NCBI GenBank assembly: GCA_035084275.1 | Contig: CM068756.1 | Span: forward strand, 9,610,001-9,674,000 | Reading direction: 5' to 3' | DNA from: Hydrolagus colliei | Lineage: Eukaryota | DNA: 64,000 bases | Shown here: positions 1 to 12,772 of the stretch, piece by piece | How the letters are laid out: each line of letters begins with the position of its first letter | Position numbering within the stretch: position 1 is the first letter of the stretch | Program-made: the position numbers and the translations under genes | The notes under the pieces: model-generated | The model's input: the letters and a program-made list of their open reading frames with translations, nothing else | What the model was told of the DNA's origin: nothing | Database searches by the model: none

Positions 1-485
1 AACCTTTAGACAGCTGCTGTTAACTGAAACCTTCTGGTAGGCCATAGGGAATGTTTACAAGGAACTGCATGGGTCAGGGATTATGACAGCATAAAGAAAA
101 CAAGTTAAAGAAACAGAAGCAGAGGCTAGAGTTTTACTCCTACTAAGAGCTTTTAAAAGCACTCGGGACTTCAACAATGAGGAAAGGAAATGTCAAGATG
201 TAACTCCAGAGATTAAAAACAGTTGATACTTCCAACAGATGGGAGGTAAATGTCATGTTTCTCTTGGATAAGCACTTGGTTAGAGTTCAAAAGATTAAAA
301 CCATTTTAACATTATTACAAAGTGGAAAGTGAATTGCAACACAGAGGAAGAGTTGTTTAAAATAAAGACAATATCACGGGCATTGACTTTCTTTGCTGTC
401 CAATATTTTCCCTGTTCTGTTACACTGGCCCCAAAACCCAGTGCTCTCTAGCAAGATTTCTTCAGAATTCCCTAACAAATATAAA

Positions 486-800
486 AGCAACAGCAACGGT
501 GACAAATTACATTAGTGTAGCACCTTTCAAGTTGGGAGGATGTCCCAAAGCGCTGGAACCTAACCTTTTTGGTCGGCCAACCAAACACATATTCTTGAAT
601 GAATACTTCTTCATTTATGGCCGTGCCTTGGGGGAAGAACGGTTGAAAAGATAATTCTTGAGGTGGGCTTTAAAAGCAAAGCAGGTGAGGCAAATCAGAG
701 TGGCAGCATAAAGCGGGGGGATGGAGATCCAGAGAAGAGTGGCTAAAAGCTCGGCCAACGATGGTGGGTAAGGGACATGAAGTAGGCCAGTGTTAGCTGA
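486..800 (-). mobile_element. Degenerate L2 LINE 3' end
   Basis: 486-560 resembles the L2 tail at 13107-13180 (caaattacatt...cacctttcaagttgggaggatgtcccaaagcgctg). Minus ORF 615-836 contains LWISIP...FKAHLKNYLF, similar to the L2 ORF2 C-terminus LWNSLP...FKSxLKTxLF. Confidence 0.6.
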
Positions 801-1620
801 GCAGAGGAACCAGCAATTCCTCCTAAAATTCACCACACAAGAGGCAACATCATTGCCATGGTGATAGAAATGTTATTGGCTGGATGTATCCAAAGCGGGA
901 TCCAAAGCGGGATCAATTTGCGCTGGATTCAATTTGTTTTAAAAAAATGAAAGGAATAGCATTGCCCCTTTCACTTTTTAACGATTGGTATCTATTAAAC
1001 TGGTGAACATTCAACCCTTTTCACACATCAATCTGTCCCCTTTTCTTTTCTCTTAAAGCGGATTGCCAAGCGTCACTCCAAATGAGTTTTTTTAAAAAAA
1101 ACAAATAACACAACAAATGAAAGAGCAGGACAAACAAGTAGCTATTGTGCAACATTAGATTTGTGGACAGAGGTCACATCAGCGAGGACTTCGCAGAAGT
1201 CAAGTGTGACGAGGCCTTCAGAGATCCGATAACCTGGACTGAGTGTTCTTTCAAACATACCCCGAGGCTTGTTTGATATGGAGGAAATATGTGTTGTAAT
1301 ACATTTTGATTTATTTCTTCCAGTAAAGTATATTGCCTCTTTTTAATGGGTTTACCACAACAACCATACAAGTTAAAATTGTGGTTGTTATGTAATTTTT
1401 TTGGACATGAAATTGAAAGCTTAGATAACAAGGCTACATCACATTCTCCTTAAGGTTCCTCTACATTGCTGCTGTTCCTCTCATAATGATACAGTATTTG
1501 TGAGGTGCCACATGGGCACCTAATAATGCAGAGGAGTAATCTGGTCAAAATTCTTATATTAATTTTATAATTGACTTTTTTAATGTAATAAAATATATAT
1601 ATTTAAAATATATAAAACTC

Positions 1621-1908
1621 ATAATAATCCTTGTGTTTGATTATAGTGTCTTTGCCATCAGGAGGACATCCCAAAGGGTTTCATACAATTTACAGTAAAG
1701 TGTAAATTGCAATATCCCGCTTACTGCCATGAAGTGAATGGCCAACTGTATATGGAGCATTGTTCTCCATAACTGTTTCAAATGCATATCAAATACAATG
1801 ATTATTATTATTATGCTGGACTATCAACTCAAAGTTCTGATGTGGTGCCTGAACCTATCATCTTCTGATTCATAGGAGAGCTTGCTACCAACTGAGCAAG
1901 GCTGACAC
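1621..1908 (-). mobile_element. Old DeuSINE (SacSINE1-like) with internal deletion
   Basis: Tail ataataatccttgtgtttgat...ggacatcccaaag at 1621-1700. tRNA-like head complement tcttctgattcataggagagcttgctaccaactgagcaaggctgaca at 1861-1908. Confidence 0.65.
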
Positions 1909-2449
1909 TGTGCCAACTCTGAACAAAAAACAAATATGATTTACTTTTCTGAGAATTCATTTAGTGAGTTAACTAATATCCCATGATCTGGTGAGTTTAC
2001 CAGAAGTACGTGATACATAGCATGGAGTGTAACAAAATAGGACAAGAAGGAAATTAAGGGAGTGTCAAATTCTACAATATTATCATTCTAAATTTAGATT
2101 GCAGTCAGAGTTTGTAAAGCTTAGATTTTAATCCGCATTTTAAATTACAATTATGACTCTATTGTGATCCCAACAAATGGAAAAATGTATAAGATTAACA
2201 TGTATCATCTAGCAAAATCCAGTATATCTGCACAAAAAATGTATATTTATACTGCAATAAGGAATAGGTGAAAGAGTACTTACAACTTTAAGAAACCAGG
2301 TTTCAATTTAAAATAAATATATGATAGCTGCCCTTGTAAATGCCCTTTCTCGGTTCATGTTGCCTAAATTGAATTTGTTTTGCTGAAAAGGTAGTGGGAA
2401 TAGCAGTGGAGGATTAACAATTGTTAATACTGTTTATTTTAGTTCTCAT

Positions 2450-2584
2450 GAATCATCTTTGCATTAGAATGGCTTTCACATCAGGACAACTCAAAGCGTT
2501 TCACAGGAACAAAATACACAGTCCCTTCACTTTATAGTACACTATATGCTGTAGGTGAACACAGCAGCCAAGTTGTCCTCAGCA
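2450..2584 (-). mobile_element. SINE 3' tail fragment
   Basis: ctttgcattagaatggctttcacatcaggacaactcaaagcgtttcacag...gcagccaagttg matches the SINE tail and Deu segment repeated throughout the window. Confidence 0.55.
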
Positions 2585-2900
2585 TCTATCTATATATGTA
2601 AAAGCCTTAGGTATGTTTCCGCAATTGTGTCCTCCTGACGCGGATGGCGCTGTGTCAAATCTATCTTCTATATATTGCATATAAAAGCCTTAGGTATGTT
2701 TCCGCAATTGTAACACTGAACTTCTAAAAGGAAAACAAACAACAATACAGCTAAAAAAAACAACAATGAAAAACAACCCAGCGATTAAAGCTCACCCTTT
2801 TTTTTGTAAATAACAAATACATTATTTTAAAAAAGTTTTGAAATATGTGAATAAACATGTTCAAAAACACTTGGGGTATGTTACGCGGGGGTATAGCTAG
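2585..2900 (+). mobile_element. Candidate non-autonomous Helitron with duplicated 5' end
   Basis: A|TCTATCTATATATGTAAAAGCC start, CTAG|T end at 2897-2901, G-rich subterminal segment, no target-site duplication, exact 30-bp internal repeat at 2599-2628 and 2682-2711. Confidence 0.55.
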
Positions 2901-5900
2901 TAGGGTTTAAGACCTGTTTCTTATTCAAAGGTGGCATGAGTTCTGACTAAAAATGAATAGAACTGTCATGGCATTTCTTGGAGAACTAAATGAACATCTA
3001 GCTGTACAAAATGTATGCAATAATAACTTAATAGTGTGTTGATAGGTTAATGCTTGAACCCATCAAATGGGAAGGGGAAGAGTAGAGTATGGAAATAGGA
3101 GGAAATCTCAGCATAGCTGCATATTTGTATTTATCAAGCTCATTAGAAGCACACCTCCTGCTGCCCAAACCACAAATCAGGATATGCTATGAAAGCCTTG
3201 ATGAGGAGGTATGTATTCCAAGTGATTGGATAGAGGTAAGGGATATTATACATGGAAATATGGATTTGAAAAAAGCATGTACACTGAGCTTCTTTTAACG
3301 ATGGGAGGAACATCAAAGCCAGGTTCGATCAAACGTTGCTGTACCCCTTCAATTGGGTTATTGCGACATCTCTTTTCCTGCCAAGAATTGCAGAAGAATG
3401 TCACCAAATTGAAGTCCCCTTTATAGTCCACCTCCACAACACCAATTCTCATGGAAGTAATTAAACCAAGTACAATTACACATATTGGGGTAGGGGGCAG
3501 TATACAAGATAGGCAAATCCTTTTTGATACCATTCAGCCAGCTTAACAGCAGCAGAAATGCATCATGGCAACTCAGGTTGAAGAAGGGAATAGAGAAATA
3601 CCAAAGAGCTCAGGAAAGTTCATATTAAGCAAAAGGCCAAAACGGTAGAGGAAGAGCGGTCAGTAGGAACCAAATACAATTCATTAGCACACCTATAGTA
3701 TATGAGCAGCCTGTACTAATTGTGAAACCGCAATGCAAACTTTTGTAAGCACTGAACTTTGTTTGTTGATTTGATTATGAAACACTGCCATTACATAGCT
3801 TAGAAACAGACCGATTCCACATTATTAGCTCCCTCACCAGATTGCAATGTACTGCAACATGTGCAGAATCTATTTTACTGTTTCTTTGTGAAATAAATTC
3901 TTAAAGTCTGCTTTTTGAGTAGCCACTTGGGGAATGATTTAGATGTACAGTACTCTTTTTTTTTGCACATATACCAGGAATATGTTTGCAGGAAGTATTG
4001 TGGGTGGTAAAACACTGTATCTCTCCTTTGTTGTCTTGCTTGCTGTCTGTCTGCCTTCCTATTATCCTTTAAAAACTGTCAGAACACTGCACAATATTAT
4101 ACAGCCAATGCCTTTAAGGTGCTTTTTAATGCTTTGTGCTTGAGGTCGAACTAAATATATTTCTATTATATTCCAAGTCAAATATTAATGAATGCAAGAT
4201 TATTATTAGACCAATTTGACATCTTGAACCTTAAAGTTGTAGGTTTGAATTGTATTATCGAACAGAAAGTATTGAAAATTCACAGAAAATATTGTTGAAT
4301 GTATTACAGAATGGAAAATATAAATATTTGAAAGCTAAAAGGAATGTTCATAACTAGGGCTAAATAATGCATTAAACACATAGCAGATTATTTTTACATT
4401 CAGATATGCAGGGCATGAAAATATTTGTATTAAACTCATCTTGGGATCAATTATAATGAAGATTTAAACGTGCTTTGTATACCCTTTTACTACCCAGCAA
4501 GAGTTTGCCATTAAATATCAGTGATAGAGTAGCTGCCAATATATACAAAACCCATATGGTTGCAGGCAGTCGCACTTAGATACGCGGTAATAAGCCCAAT
4601 GCAAGTCAGTGACAACACTCTGGCTTTCCTTTTGACATCTGTCACCAATCACGTCCATTCATCACTTTCACTTTTAGCCAAAGTGTTCAGCAGTATTCTC
4701 AGTTCAAAGGATCAGCCAGTTCCAAAGTCTTCATAGTTAATATTTGTGAAGATAGATATCACATATACATGTACACGTTTAACTTCATGCATGTGAGGAG
4801 GTGACAAAGCCAACTTGCAACTGTAGCAAAATATTGTTCAGCTATAAATGGAAAGGTATTGTGATGCAGGGAAAATGACCTTGAGATGAGGTGGGTATAC
4901 ATAAGCACAGAGAATACACGACTCCTCTGGCGGTCTTTAGATCAGAAATAAACCTAACTGGATAAGCAGCGTTTGACAGTCATAGGCTGACTACGCCAGG
5001 TGGGTTCATGAATGGTCTAAAAACATCTTAATCTCCTGGAAAGAATGATGTCAGTCGCAATATAAAGAGCTTCCTTGAATTGTAACAGTGCTTTTTTGAG
5101 ACAAACATACTACACCGAAAGCAATCATCATCCTGTAGCTAACAGTAAATCATAAACAGAAATTGTTTCAAATCCCCGAATTTATGCAATTTATCCATGG
5201 GTCCTCTTTTTTTCATGAGTTGTCACATTTGTCTCCTAACGATAATCAAGTCTTATCCCTTATTAAACCTTTACACCGGCAAGTTGTGAAGCAAAGCTAC
5301 TTAAAGCCTTGTCGATAAATTATAGCATTTAAAGGGAAACTAGCTCCATTAGTCCATTGGTGCAATCAATAAACAATCAGTGCGTCAAATGTGTACAAAT
5401 ACTTGGTACTCAGATTGGGGCACATATAACATTCTGTTAAAAGCAATTCTTTCCCTTTGCAACAGGCTACCTGTCACTTTCAGATCAATTTCATAATTTC
5501 TCTTAACTACAGAGCAACCGCTGTGCACTTAAACTGGTTCAGGTGTAACATGACTGACAACTACATTTGGAAAATAAAAATTATCAAAATGCAGCACATC
5601 TGCCTCCTTGTCAAATATCCCCGAATCTTTTAATGTCTTAATTTTCAGAAATTTGTCCAATCGTTTATCAAAATCCTTTAGATTTTTTTGTGTTGCTACC
5701 TGTGTTGAGAAATCTTCCACATCACTGATGCTAATTTACAAAATAAAATCTCCACTGTACATCAATTTGTATGGATATTGCACATTCATTTTCAGCTGAT
5801 GTGATAAGGCATGAAAACCTATTTTCCAAATCTTTAATGTATGCAAAAATGCAGATGCTCATGAACTTTTTATATATCCTTCCATATTAGGTCATCCTCC

Positions 5901-6055
5901 CAACATGAAAGGTGGTATACAAATGTAATTTTTGTTCTTGGTGCTGGCTAACATGTGGCTTCAAAGGCGACAAGTTAAAGGAATGTTAAAGTTACTCAAT
6001 TTTCAGGGATAATTTGCTGATTTGGAGGATTTTGATTTGGATCAATATAACAAAA

Positions 6056-6105
6056 TTTAGATTGTGGAAACACTGGGTATACACCCAGTGTTTCCACAAT
6101 CTAAA
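6056..6105. repeat. Perfect inverted repeat, 23-bp arms, 4-nt loop
   Basis: tttagattgtggaaacactgggt-atac-acccagtgtttccacaatctaaa; the arms are exact reverse complements. Confidence 0.97.
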
Positions 6106-6109
6106 ACAA

Positions 6110-6155
6110 TAATTGGCTGACCAAAACAATCCAGATTGTTTTGGTCAGCCAATTA
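6110..6155. repeat. Perfect inverted repeat, 22-bp arms, 2-nt loop
   Basis: taattggctgaccaaaacaatc-ca-gattgttttggtcagccaatta; the arms are exact reverse complements. Confidence 0.97.
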
Positions 6156-8399
6156 GTCCGACACACACAGAAACCTACCATCATGTTACAGCATATACTA
6201 AACAGACAATAGTTCCATATATGCAAACACTCCATACATGGAAAATTCCCTATGTCTGGAACGGAATACATTATTGCCCAGGAGGGTCACACTCTGTTTA
6301 CCTAATTCTGGAAAATATTAGCCAAAATTTTACTACAAATTCATCTCATAGTTTGGTCTCAGACTTTGCAAATGGGCTGACGGAAACCCTCATATTGTAG
6401 ACCCAGGAGCTCAGAACCATCAGGACTGTACACCGTAACCTTAACCTGCGTTGAAACTTCACTATCATTGAAGAGAAATGAGAATGACCAGAGTATTCTT
6501 TGACCTTTCTCAGTGCTGATCCAAATGAGAGTGTCCAAGTAAAAGTTCACCACAACTCCCAGATACTGCTACAAATCACTGTATCTTCCAATCAATACCT
6601 TTAAGATCCCGAGGGCACTCTGACTTTAAACAGTCTCCAACAAGTTTCAAGGGAGCACAAACCCACAGCACTTAACTAGCCATGATTTACCACCAATTAG
6701 GACTAATTCGACAATTTTACTCAGAAAGGTCACAAGGTTGGCTGATGTGAGAAGTGGAGAAATTCTTATTGGTCCAATTGTTATGGAAGGGAGTGCTTCA
6801 AAGGCTGGAGTTTAGCACACTGTCAGAGCAAAGTAGGGATCTGACTTGTTTACAACTAACCTGGGGCTGTTTGCTGCTGAGAGGCCATCCCAAAAGTGGA
6901 AAGATATTTAATTGCTGACAATGATCACTGCAACTACCTGAAAATACAAAACAAAACAATTCTGGTTATTGTCGAAGGACATTTCTGATCATGCAGATTT
7001 ATGTCATTCGGGAGTGAAAGTAGTCCGTTTTTAGCATTAAGAATAACAGTGAAAGAATAATCAATTTCTTTAAACTACAGACACAGGAATCCCATAGTTA
7101 CCAGTGATCAATACAAATGTTATACAGGTGAATATGGGATCAACCTGTGCATAACAATATATTTTTTAATGCTGCCCTGCATGAGGGGTGCTACATAAAT
7201 GCAAGTTGTTGAGAAGGAACAGAGAATTGCATCCAAATTAATCCATACTGTAAAACAAATGTATTTCTTATCATCTAAATTCATATCAATATATTCCATC
7301 CTCCATCCGTCCTATACCCTGGTTTGATGATAAGTTGCAATTTTTTAAATTAAAATGTTACTTTCGCTGTCCTGTTCAGGAATCTTTGCAATCACATATG
7401 CATATATGAATCAGTGCGGGGCTCAGGACTTTGCAACTCTCATTAAAGGCATTTCTGAAACGGTTTCCGCCTTAGGTTTCTACCTAATCTATTTGGTGAG
7501 TTTCTGGCACCAAGCATCTGTGTTCTGAGACAGAAAAGCTATGCATCTTCATTGTTAATCATAATAGCATATGATTTAATTTCCTCAAGAATTTCTTCAG
7601 ATCACAATGGGTACCATACGGTGCTGAACAGAACATCAAACTAGTATTTAACTCTGAACTAGACTCAACAGCACTGCTGGCTCATTTGTTCAGGCACTTG
7701 CTTCTGTTCTGAGTCAACTGAGATTTCCAAGCTACTTCCTGTACAGTTTCTAAAAGTTTGCTTGCTTGCCCCTGATAATACTAAACACTTCCATAAACCA
7801 CCTGGTTACATTTAATATAATGCCCGTTAGCAAATGCAAACTTTTTAAAAACAACTAAATCTTTAATAATGTATTCGGCTTTATTTCCGAGAATTTACAC
7901 ATGCACATACGGTTAATTCAGGTCAAAAAACATGGCAAGTTACAGTAATCCTGGAATTAATGCATTTCCTTTTGTAGGATGAGTTAGCACCAGTACAGAA
8001 ATGATAGGCGAGATGACTTCCTCCTGTGCAGCAAACATTCCATGGTAGAATTATTTACGAAAATACATTAATAATAATCCTCACATTTGGTATTAAGCCT
8101 TATCAAGTGGCTGAAATGTCTCAAAGCGATTTGAAGGATTTCACTGTGAAGTGCAGTGACTGTGTGTTTGTCGACAAATGCGGCAATCAATCTGTGGGCA
8201 GCCAGGACCAGTGTTGTGATACTGCAGTCCAGTGGCTGAATTCCTTATTAAATGCATCAGATTAAATTAAATCCTGGAATATAACTGGATTTTAATTGCC
8301 TACAGTTTCAGCAACTAGGCGTAATAGCTTTATAGCTCATGGTTAATAGTTAATAGTTGAGCTAGAAACGTCTGGTGTTAGGTAAATCAGAGTTTAGAA

Positions 8400-8575
8400 A
8401 AGTTCCTACGGCAATTTCACAAGGATGTGGATCAGACACAAAGCTAAGGGGAAGGAGGAGGTGATTATAGGTGTGGTCAAAGGGATACATTTTAGGTGGG
8501 ATTTAAAGACAGATAGAGAGGGGGATGAGACAGAGTGGTAGAGGAAGGGCGTAAGACATACCAGCTGAAAGTTGG
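8400..8575 (-). mobile_element. Highly degenerate L2 3' fragment
   Basis: Purine-rich gtcaaagggatacattttaggtgggatttaaagacagatagagagggggatgag resembles 13267-13340 of the young L2. Confidence 0.4.
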
Positions 8576-9523
8576 ACACAAATAGTTATATCTATAATAA
8601 AGATACAGCCCAAATGTGTTTGCTATCTCTCAGTACATACTACCATCTGGTAATTTGTTCAAACAATTGATGTTTTAAATTAAGATATGGGTAACTTGAA
8701 TTAAATCTATAATTTAAAAGCAATTCTGTCAACGATGGATTTGCTGCTGAGAAGCAGAAGCCTGATATATCCCAATTTGCCAGCTTTCTTTAATCTGATA
8801 AGTGAATTTAACATCCACCAGTGAGTGGATCCAACAAAGCAGCACTAACATTACTGCTGGACAACACTTGCCTTTCTTAAGGTTTTGAATATGCAATATA
8901 TATATATATCCATATAACCATTATGTTAAACTCTTGGAGAGATAAAACACGTTCAACAAGGGAACAAAAAAATACTCTGATCCACATTCAATTTTGATTC
9001 CCATCACACATCCAGGAAAAGGAATATTCAAGATGGTTATTATCCGTTTGATCCTTTCAGCTTTCATTTTCAATGAAACATTTACTTGTCCTCTGTGATA
9101 CCATCTGACTTTGCAACTCTTACATTTAATGGAGGATTTGTACTTTTTGCTGTGTCAAGGCGTTTGCTTCAAAGCTCAGTTACAATGTGTCACTGTGAAC
9201 AAAAGGCCCCATTATCTGTGCACATTCTAGATATCAATTTTCTTTTAAATTACCTGATTTGTATTTCTTAATATTTGATACATTTTTTAAAACAATTATT
9301 CAAACGTCTTTAGCCAAAGAAAAGACGTTGCTCACTGCGCCCTGCCTTTTAAATATTACTAATTTGAGCTACAGTGATTTTGATTATTTTTCACGGTACG
9401 GAAGATTTATAAATACGACAGAACATGAAGGGCAGTCAGTCAATTTTACAGAATAATGTTCCAGTTCTAAATGATTCATCGTTTCACGGCATTTGGTAAA
9501 ACATGATCCTTTTCCATCATGGT

Positions 9524-9565
9524 CATATTTATGTTCTGGGAAAGTGAAACGTTCTTTGCCAGAAT
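9524..9565 (+). repeat. 42-bp dispersed duplicate, copy 1 (copy 2 at 10712-10753)
   Basis: catatttatgttctgggaaagtgaaacgttctttgccagaat vs catgtttatgttctggtaaagtgaaacgctctttgccagaat; 39/42 identical. Confidence 0.9.
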
Positions 9566-10499
9566 ATGCACCGACAATGGATGATGGATGATCAGGGTAT
9601 CAAGCAAGGCCTGGGGGCTTGGCCCTGATGCTGTACTTGACTTAGCCTTCAGTACATACTAAATGCTCTCACAGATTGATACCTCGGGAAAAGCATATGG
9701 CTTCCGATCGCACCAACAAGTGAAAACAATGCAAACAAATTTAATATCTTCACGTTACTATTGATGTTGGTTTCAACTGCATATTATTTTCTAAATTACT
9801 GTATGTAAAAAAAAAGGTTTTTTTATTTTAAAAAAAGTCTTGCCCCAGAAACCTGGTCAGATGAAGTCTTTATGTAGTGTAGTTTGTGGGGAGATGGCAA
9901 AATAACAACTGACCCATTGTTGGATCAGTTCTTATATTCTTTCTTTCCCAGATAATCATTCATGGCACTTAACAGGCTAAAGGATGAGATAGGACTGGTA
10001 GGATGTATGAAATCTGATTAATTTCATTGAACGTGATTTTTCATTTTATTCTAGTGTGTCTATTCATGGCTTGCTGCTATTCTGGACTCCAGGGAATTGA
10101 TGCTGGGTAGCTAGGGTCACAGATAGATATCATTGTTTTAATCTTATCAAGCTCCAGTCTACTTGCATGGGTGATTAACCCTGCAGTCTAGAGGTTGAAG
10201 AGATACTGTTTGTATGATTCATTAGTATAGCATCCATTAGTATAGTTTCAAACAGATTGTTCACAAAGAGTTAAAGGAATATTTTGAAATATTAATGACA
10301 CTTCCGAGGTTAGCAACTTCACTTTGTGGGTTGTGGCCAAATCTGACAACAACAACTAATATTTATATCAAGCAGCCAAGTTGCGTCAGAGAATTGCAGT
10401 GAATTTTCAGCTAGGAATACCCTACAAAGGCCATGAAGTGAATGACCAATTTGATCTGGAGCACTGTTGTCAGAACATTGAGAGAAACTCATTTTTTTG

Positions 10500-10712
10500 T
10501 TTTCAAGTAGTACCATGGGATCTTTAACGAGCAGGCAGACAAGTGCACAGTTTGACATCTAGAATAACCCAATGCTTCTAAGGTACTGAATTGGGGTTCC
10601 TGCTCTAGTTTATTAGCTCAAACTCCTGAGGTGGGGCTTGAACCCACAATCTTCTGACTCAAAGGCGAGAGTCACAAGACAAAATAATTTTGAGAGTTAC
10701 AGCAACTGAGCC
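10500..10712 (-). mobile_element. Old DeuSINE (SacSINE1-like) 5' half
   Basis: gtaccatgggatctttaacg...ggggcttgaacccacaatcttctgactcaaaggcgagag is the complement of the tRNA head (B box) and body. Confidence 0.7.
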
Positions 10713-11133
10713 ATGTTTATGTTCTGGTAAAGTGAAACGCTCTTTGCCAGAATCAATGTGCAAACAATTAGTTGGCAAAGTTACAATGCATGTAATCTGG
10801 TAGGTTGTGGTGGCCTGCAAGTAGTAGGTAATTTTGTCATTTCAAACAGTTAAGATATAAGGCAGGATTTATGCCTGTGTTTGGTTACCTGGATTATTTG
10901 ATTGATAATTTGAATCCTCTGCAATTTCATCCAATAAGTAGCAGATTGCTTTACAATACAAAACAATTTACGGTTAACTATAATAATTACCCAGTGTCTT
11001 TCATATTGGGAGGATGTCTCAAAGCGTTTGACACTGCAGACTGGGCACCCAAACCAGGGTTATATGATTTCAAAAATGACTCAAGCCACATATTCTCTTT
11101 CTTACAATAAAATATCAGGGTCCAACGGGTATA

Positions 11134-11457
11134 TAATAATAATCCTTGCATTTGATATAGCGCTTTTCACATCTTATTGACGTCTCAAAGCGCTTCTCAG
11201 AATATACTGTAAAACAAATTGACTGTATATTTGTGGGCGAAACATGGCAGCCAATTGTGCACAGCTGTGCCCCACAAACTGTCGTGGATTCAAATGACCA
11301 ATTTTATTACCGTGGGGTTTTTTGGATGGATTATTATTATTATTAGGTGTGTGGAGTAAGGAAACTTGCCCAAGGTTTCGCTCTGATCTGCCTGGATTCG
11401 AACACAGGTCTCATGCTTGTAAGGCAAGTGCTCTAAGCACTGAGCTACAGGAGCTCC
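11134..11457 (-). mobile_element. Full-length young tRNA-derived SINE (tRNA head + Deu 3' segment + L2-type tail)
   Basis: Minus strand reads cctgTAGCTCAGTGCTTAGAGC (A box)...GTTCGAATCC (B box)...ccttgggcaagtttcc...tgcacaattggctgcc...gcgctatatcaaatgcaaggatt(att)n. Colinear with copies at 51161 and 63268. Confidence 0.9.
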
Positions 11458-11584
11458 ACAGGCAATATCACAGGCATTAACACAATTATTTTATTTTATT
11501 ACCACACTAACTTTTTCGTCCGATGTTTGTAAAATTTGTGTTGTATTATTTCTTAGAATCATGTCTCAGTCTCACTATTTTAGC

Positions 11585-11726
11585 TGATTGTGGAACATGC
11601 AAATTGGCTGCCTCATTCACCCAAAAATTGCAGTCACTACATTGTACGGTATATCTTTTGAAGCACTTCGGGACGGACATCTTCCCAATGTGAAAGAGGC
11701 TTTATCAAATGTAAGGATTATTATTA
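11585..11726 (+). mobile_element. SINE 3' fragment
   Basis: gcaaattggctgcc...aagcacttcgggac...tatcaaatgtaaggattattatta. Confidence 0.65.
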
Positions 11727-12772
11727 CAGAAAAATCCCCACTAAAGATTTGATGAATTCAGAACTCTCATCGGATCACTCTGAAAATTTTAAAGTAATTT
11801 TTTTTTTAGGTTACACATTTTTGGCACTCTTATGCTAAGCTGAAGTTGAGTTTATTAAAAGGCAGACATGGAACAGATAACTATCAAACAATTTCTGTTT
11901 CTCATTTTGGTGTGAAAGGAATCCGAGAAGCTAGTCATAGTATCTGACTGAGCTATTGACCCTTCACAGCTTCATAGTTCATAGCTGGTTTGATATAAGC
12001 TTGAGTTCATTAGGTGGAACGAAGGCATCAGTTATGGTAAAAGGTAGACACTCCTCTTCTTACCCCACTGCTACTATAACAAGGCTGCCTCCTACTGATT
12101 TTCTCTTTCAGGCTGTTTATTGAACATATGAGGTCATTGGTGCACTGTGCAGACTAAAGTCTGGACTATGCTTCATAATATTTCCTGATTTGATGCAAAT
12201 GTCTTGCTGTTTTTAATCATACTCAGCAATCGCTGTGCTGTATCCTCTCAACTATCAAGGGCTTGAGTATCATTCTGGTTATAATAATTGGACTCAGTAC
12301 ATTCTAAATTTCCACTGGCTTACTTGGGTCGGGCAGGAAATAGTCACATTCCTATCAGCCTACATTACTCCAGGAGTGAGATTCCTGAAGAGTGTTGCGG
12401 ACCTGATGAGAATTGAGCCAAAAATTGGTTCTATGACTTTAATACCTCCACTCCCAATTAAATGTCCATATTTTAAATGGTTGATCAACTTATTTTCTAC
12501 TTACTAATGTGAAGCTAATGTCTTTTTCACCATTTACAGTATTGTTAAAGATTTGGAAATGTGCAACTTCCAGACCTTGACTATATTATTTCACCTTTCA
12601 GTTTGTATTACTAATGCACACATAATATCCTTTGATGTTCCATTATGGCCTGTCCATTAATCAGTCCAGCCAATCACTTAATAGTCCACATTATTGGCAA
12701 AGAAACGTATTTAGGTATCGCAAAGGTAATTGTGTTAATTGCTCATGCAGTCGAACAGTGGAAAGACTTGGA

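Noticed and set aside
2599-2711. 30-bp direct repeats resembling a CRISPR repeat-spacer-repeat
   Set aside because: Only two copies, vertebrate context and no cas genes; better explained as a duplicated transposon end.
5529-5720. Protein-like minus ORF (KDFDKRLDKFLKIK)
   Set aside because: Only a weak resemblance to a CR1 ORF2 C-terminus, with no clear splice signals or family motif; not callable as an exon or a TE.
11385-11457. tRNA-like sequence with A and B boxes (also near 51410-51474 and 36910-36975)
   Set aside because: Continuous with a SINE body and tail, so these are SINE heads rather than tRNA genes.
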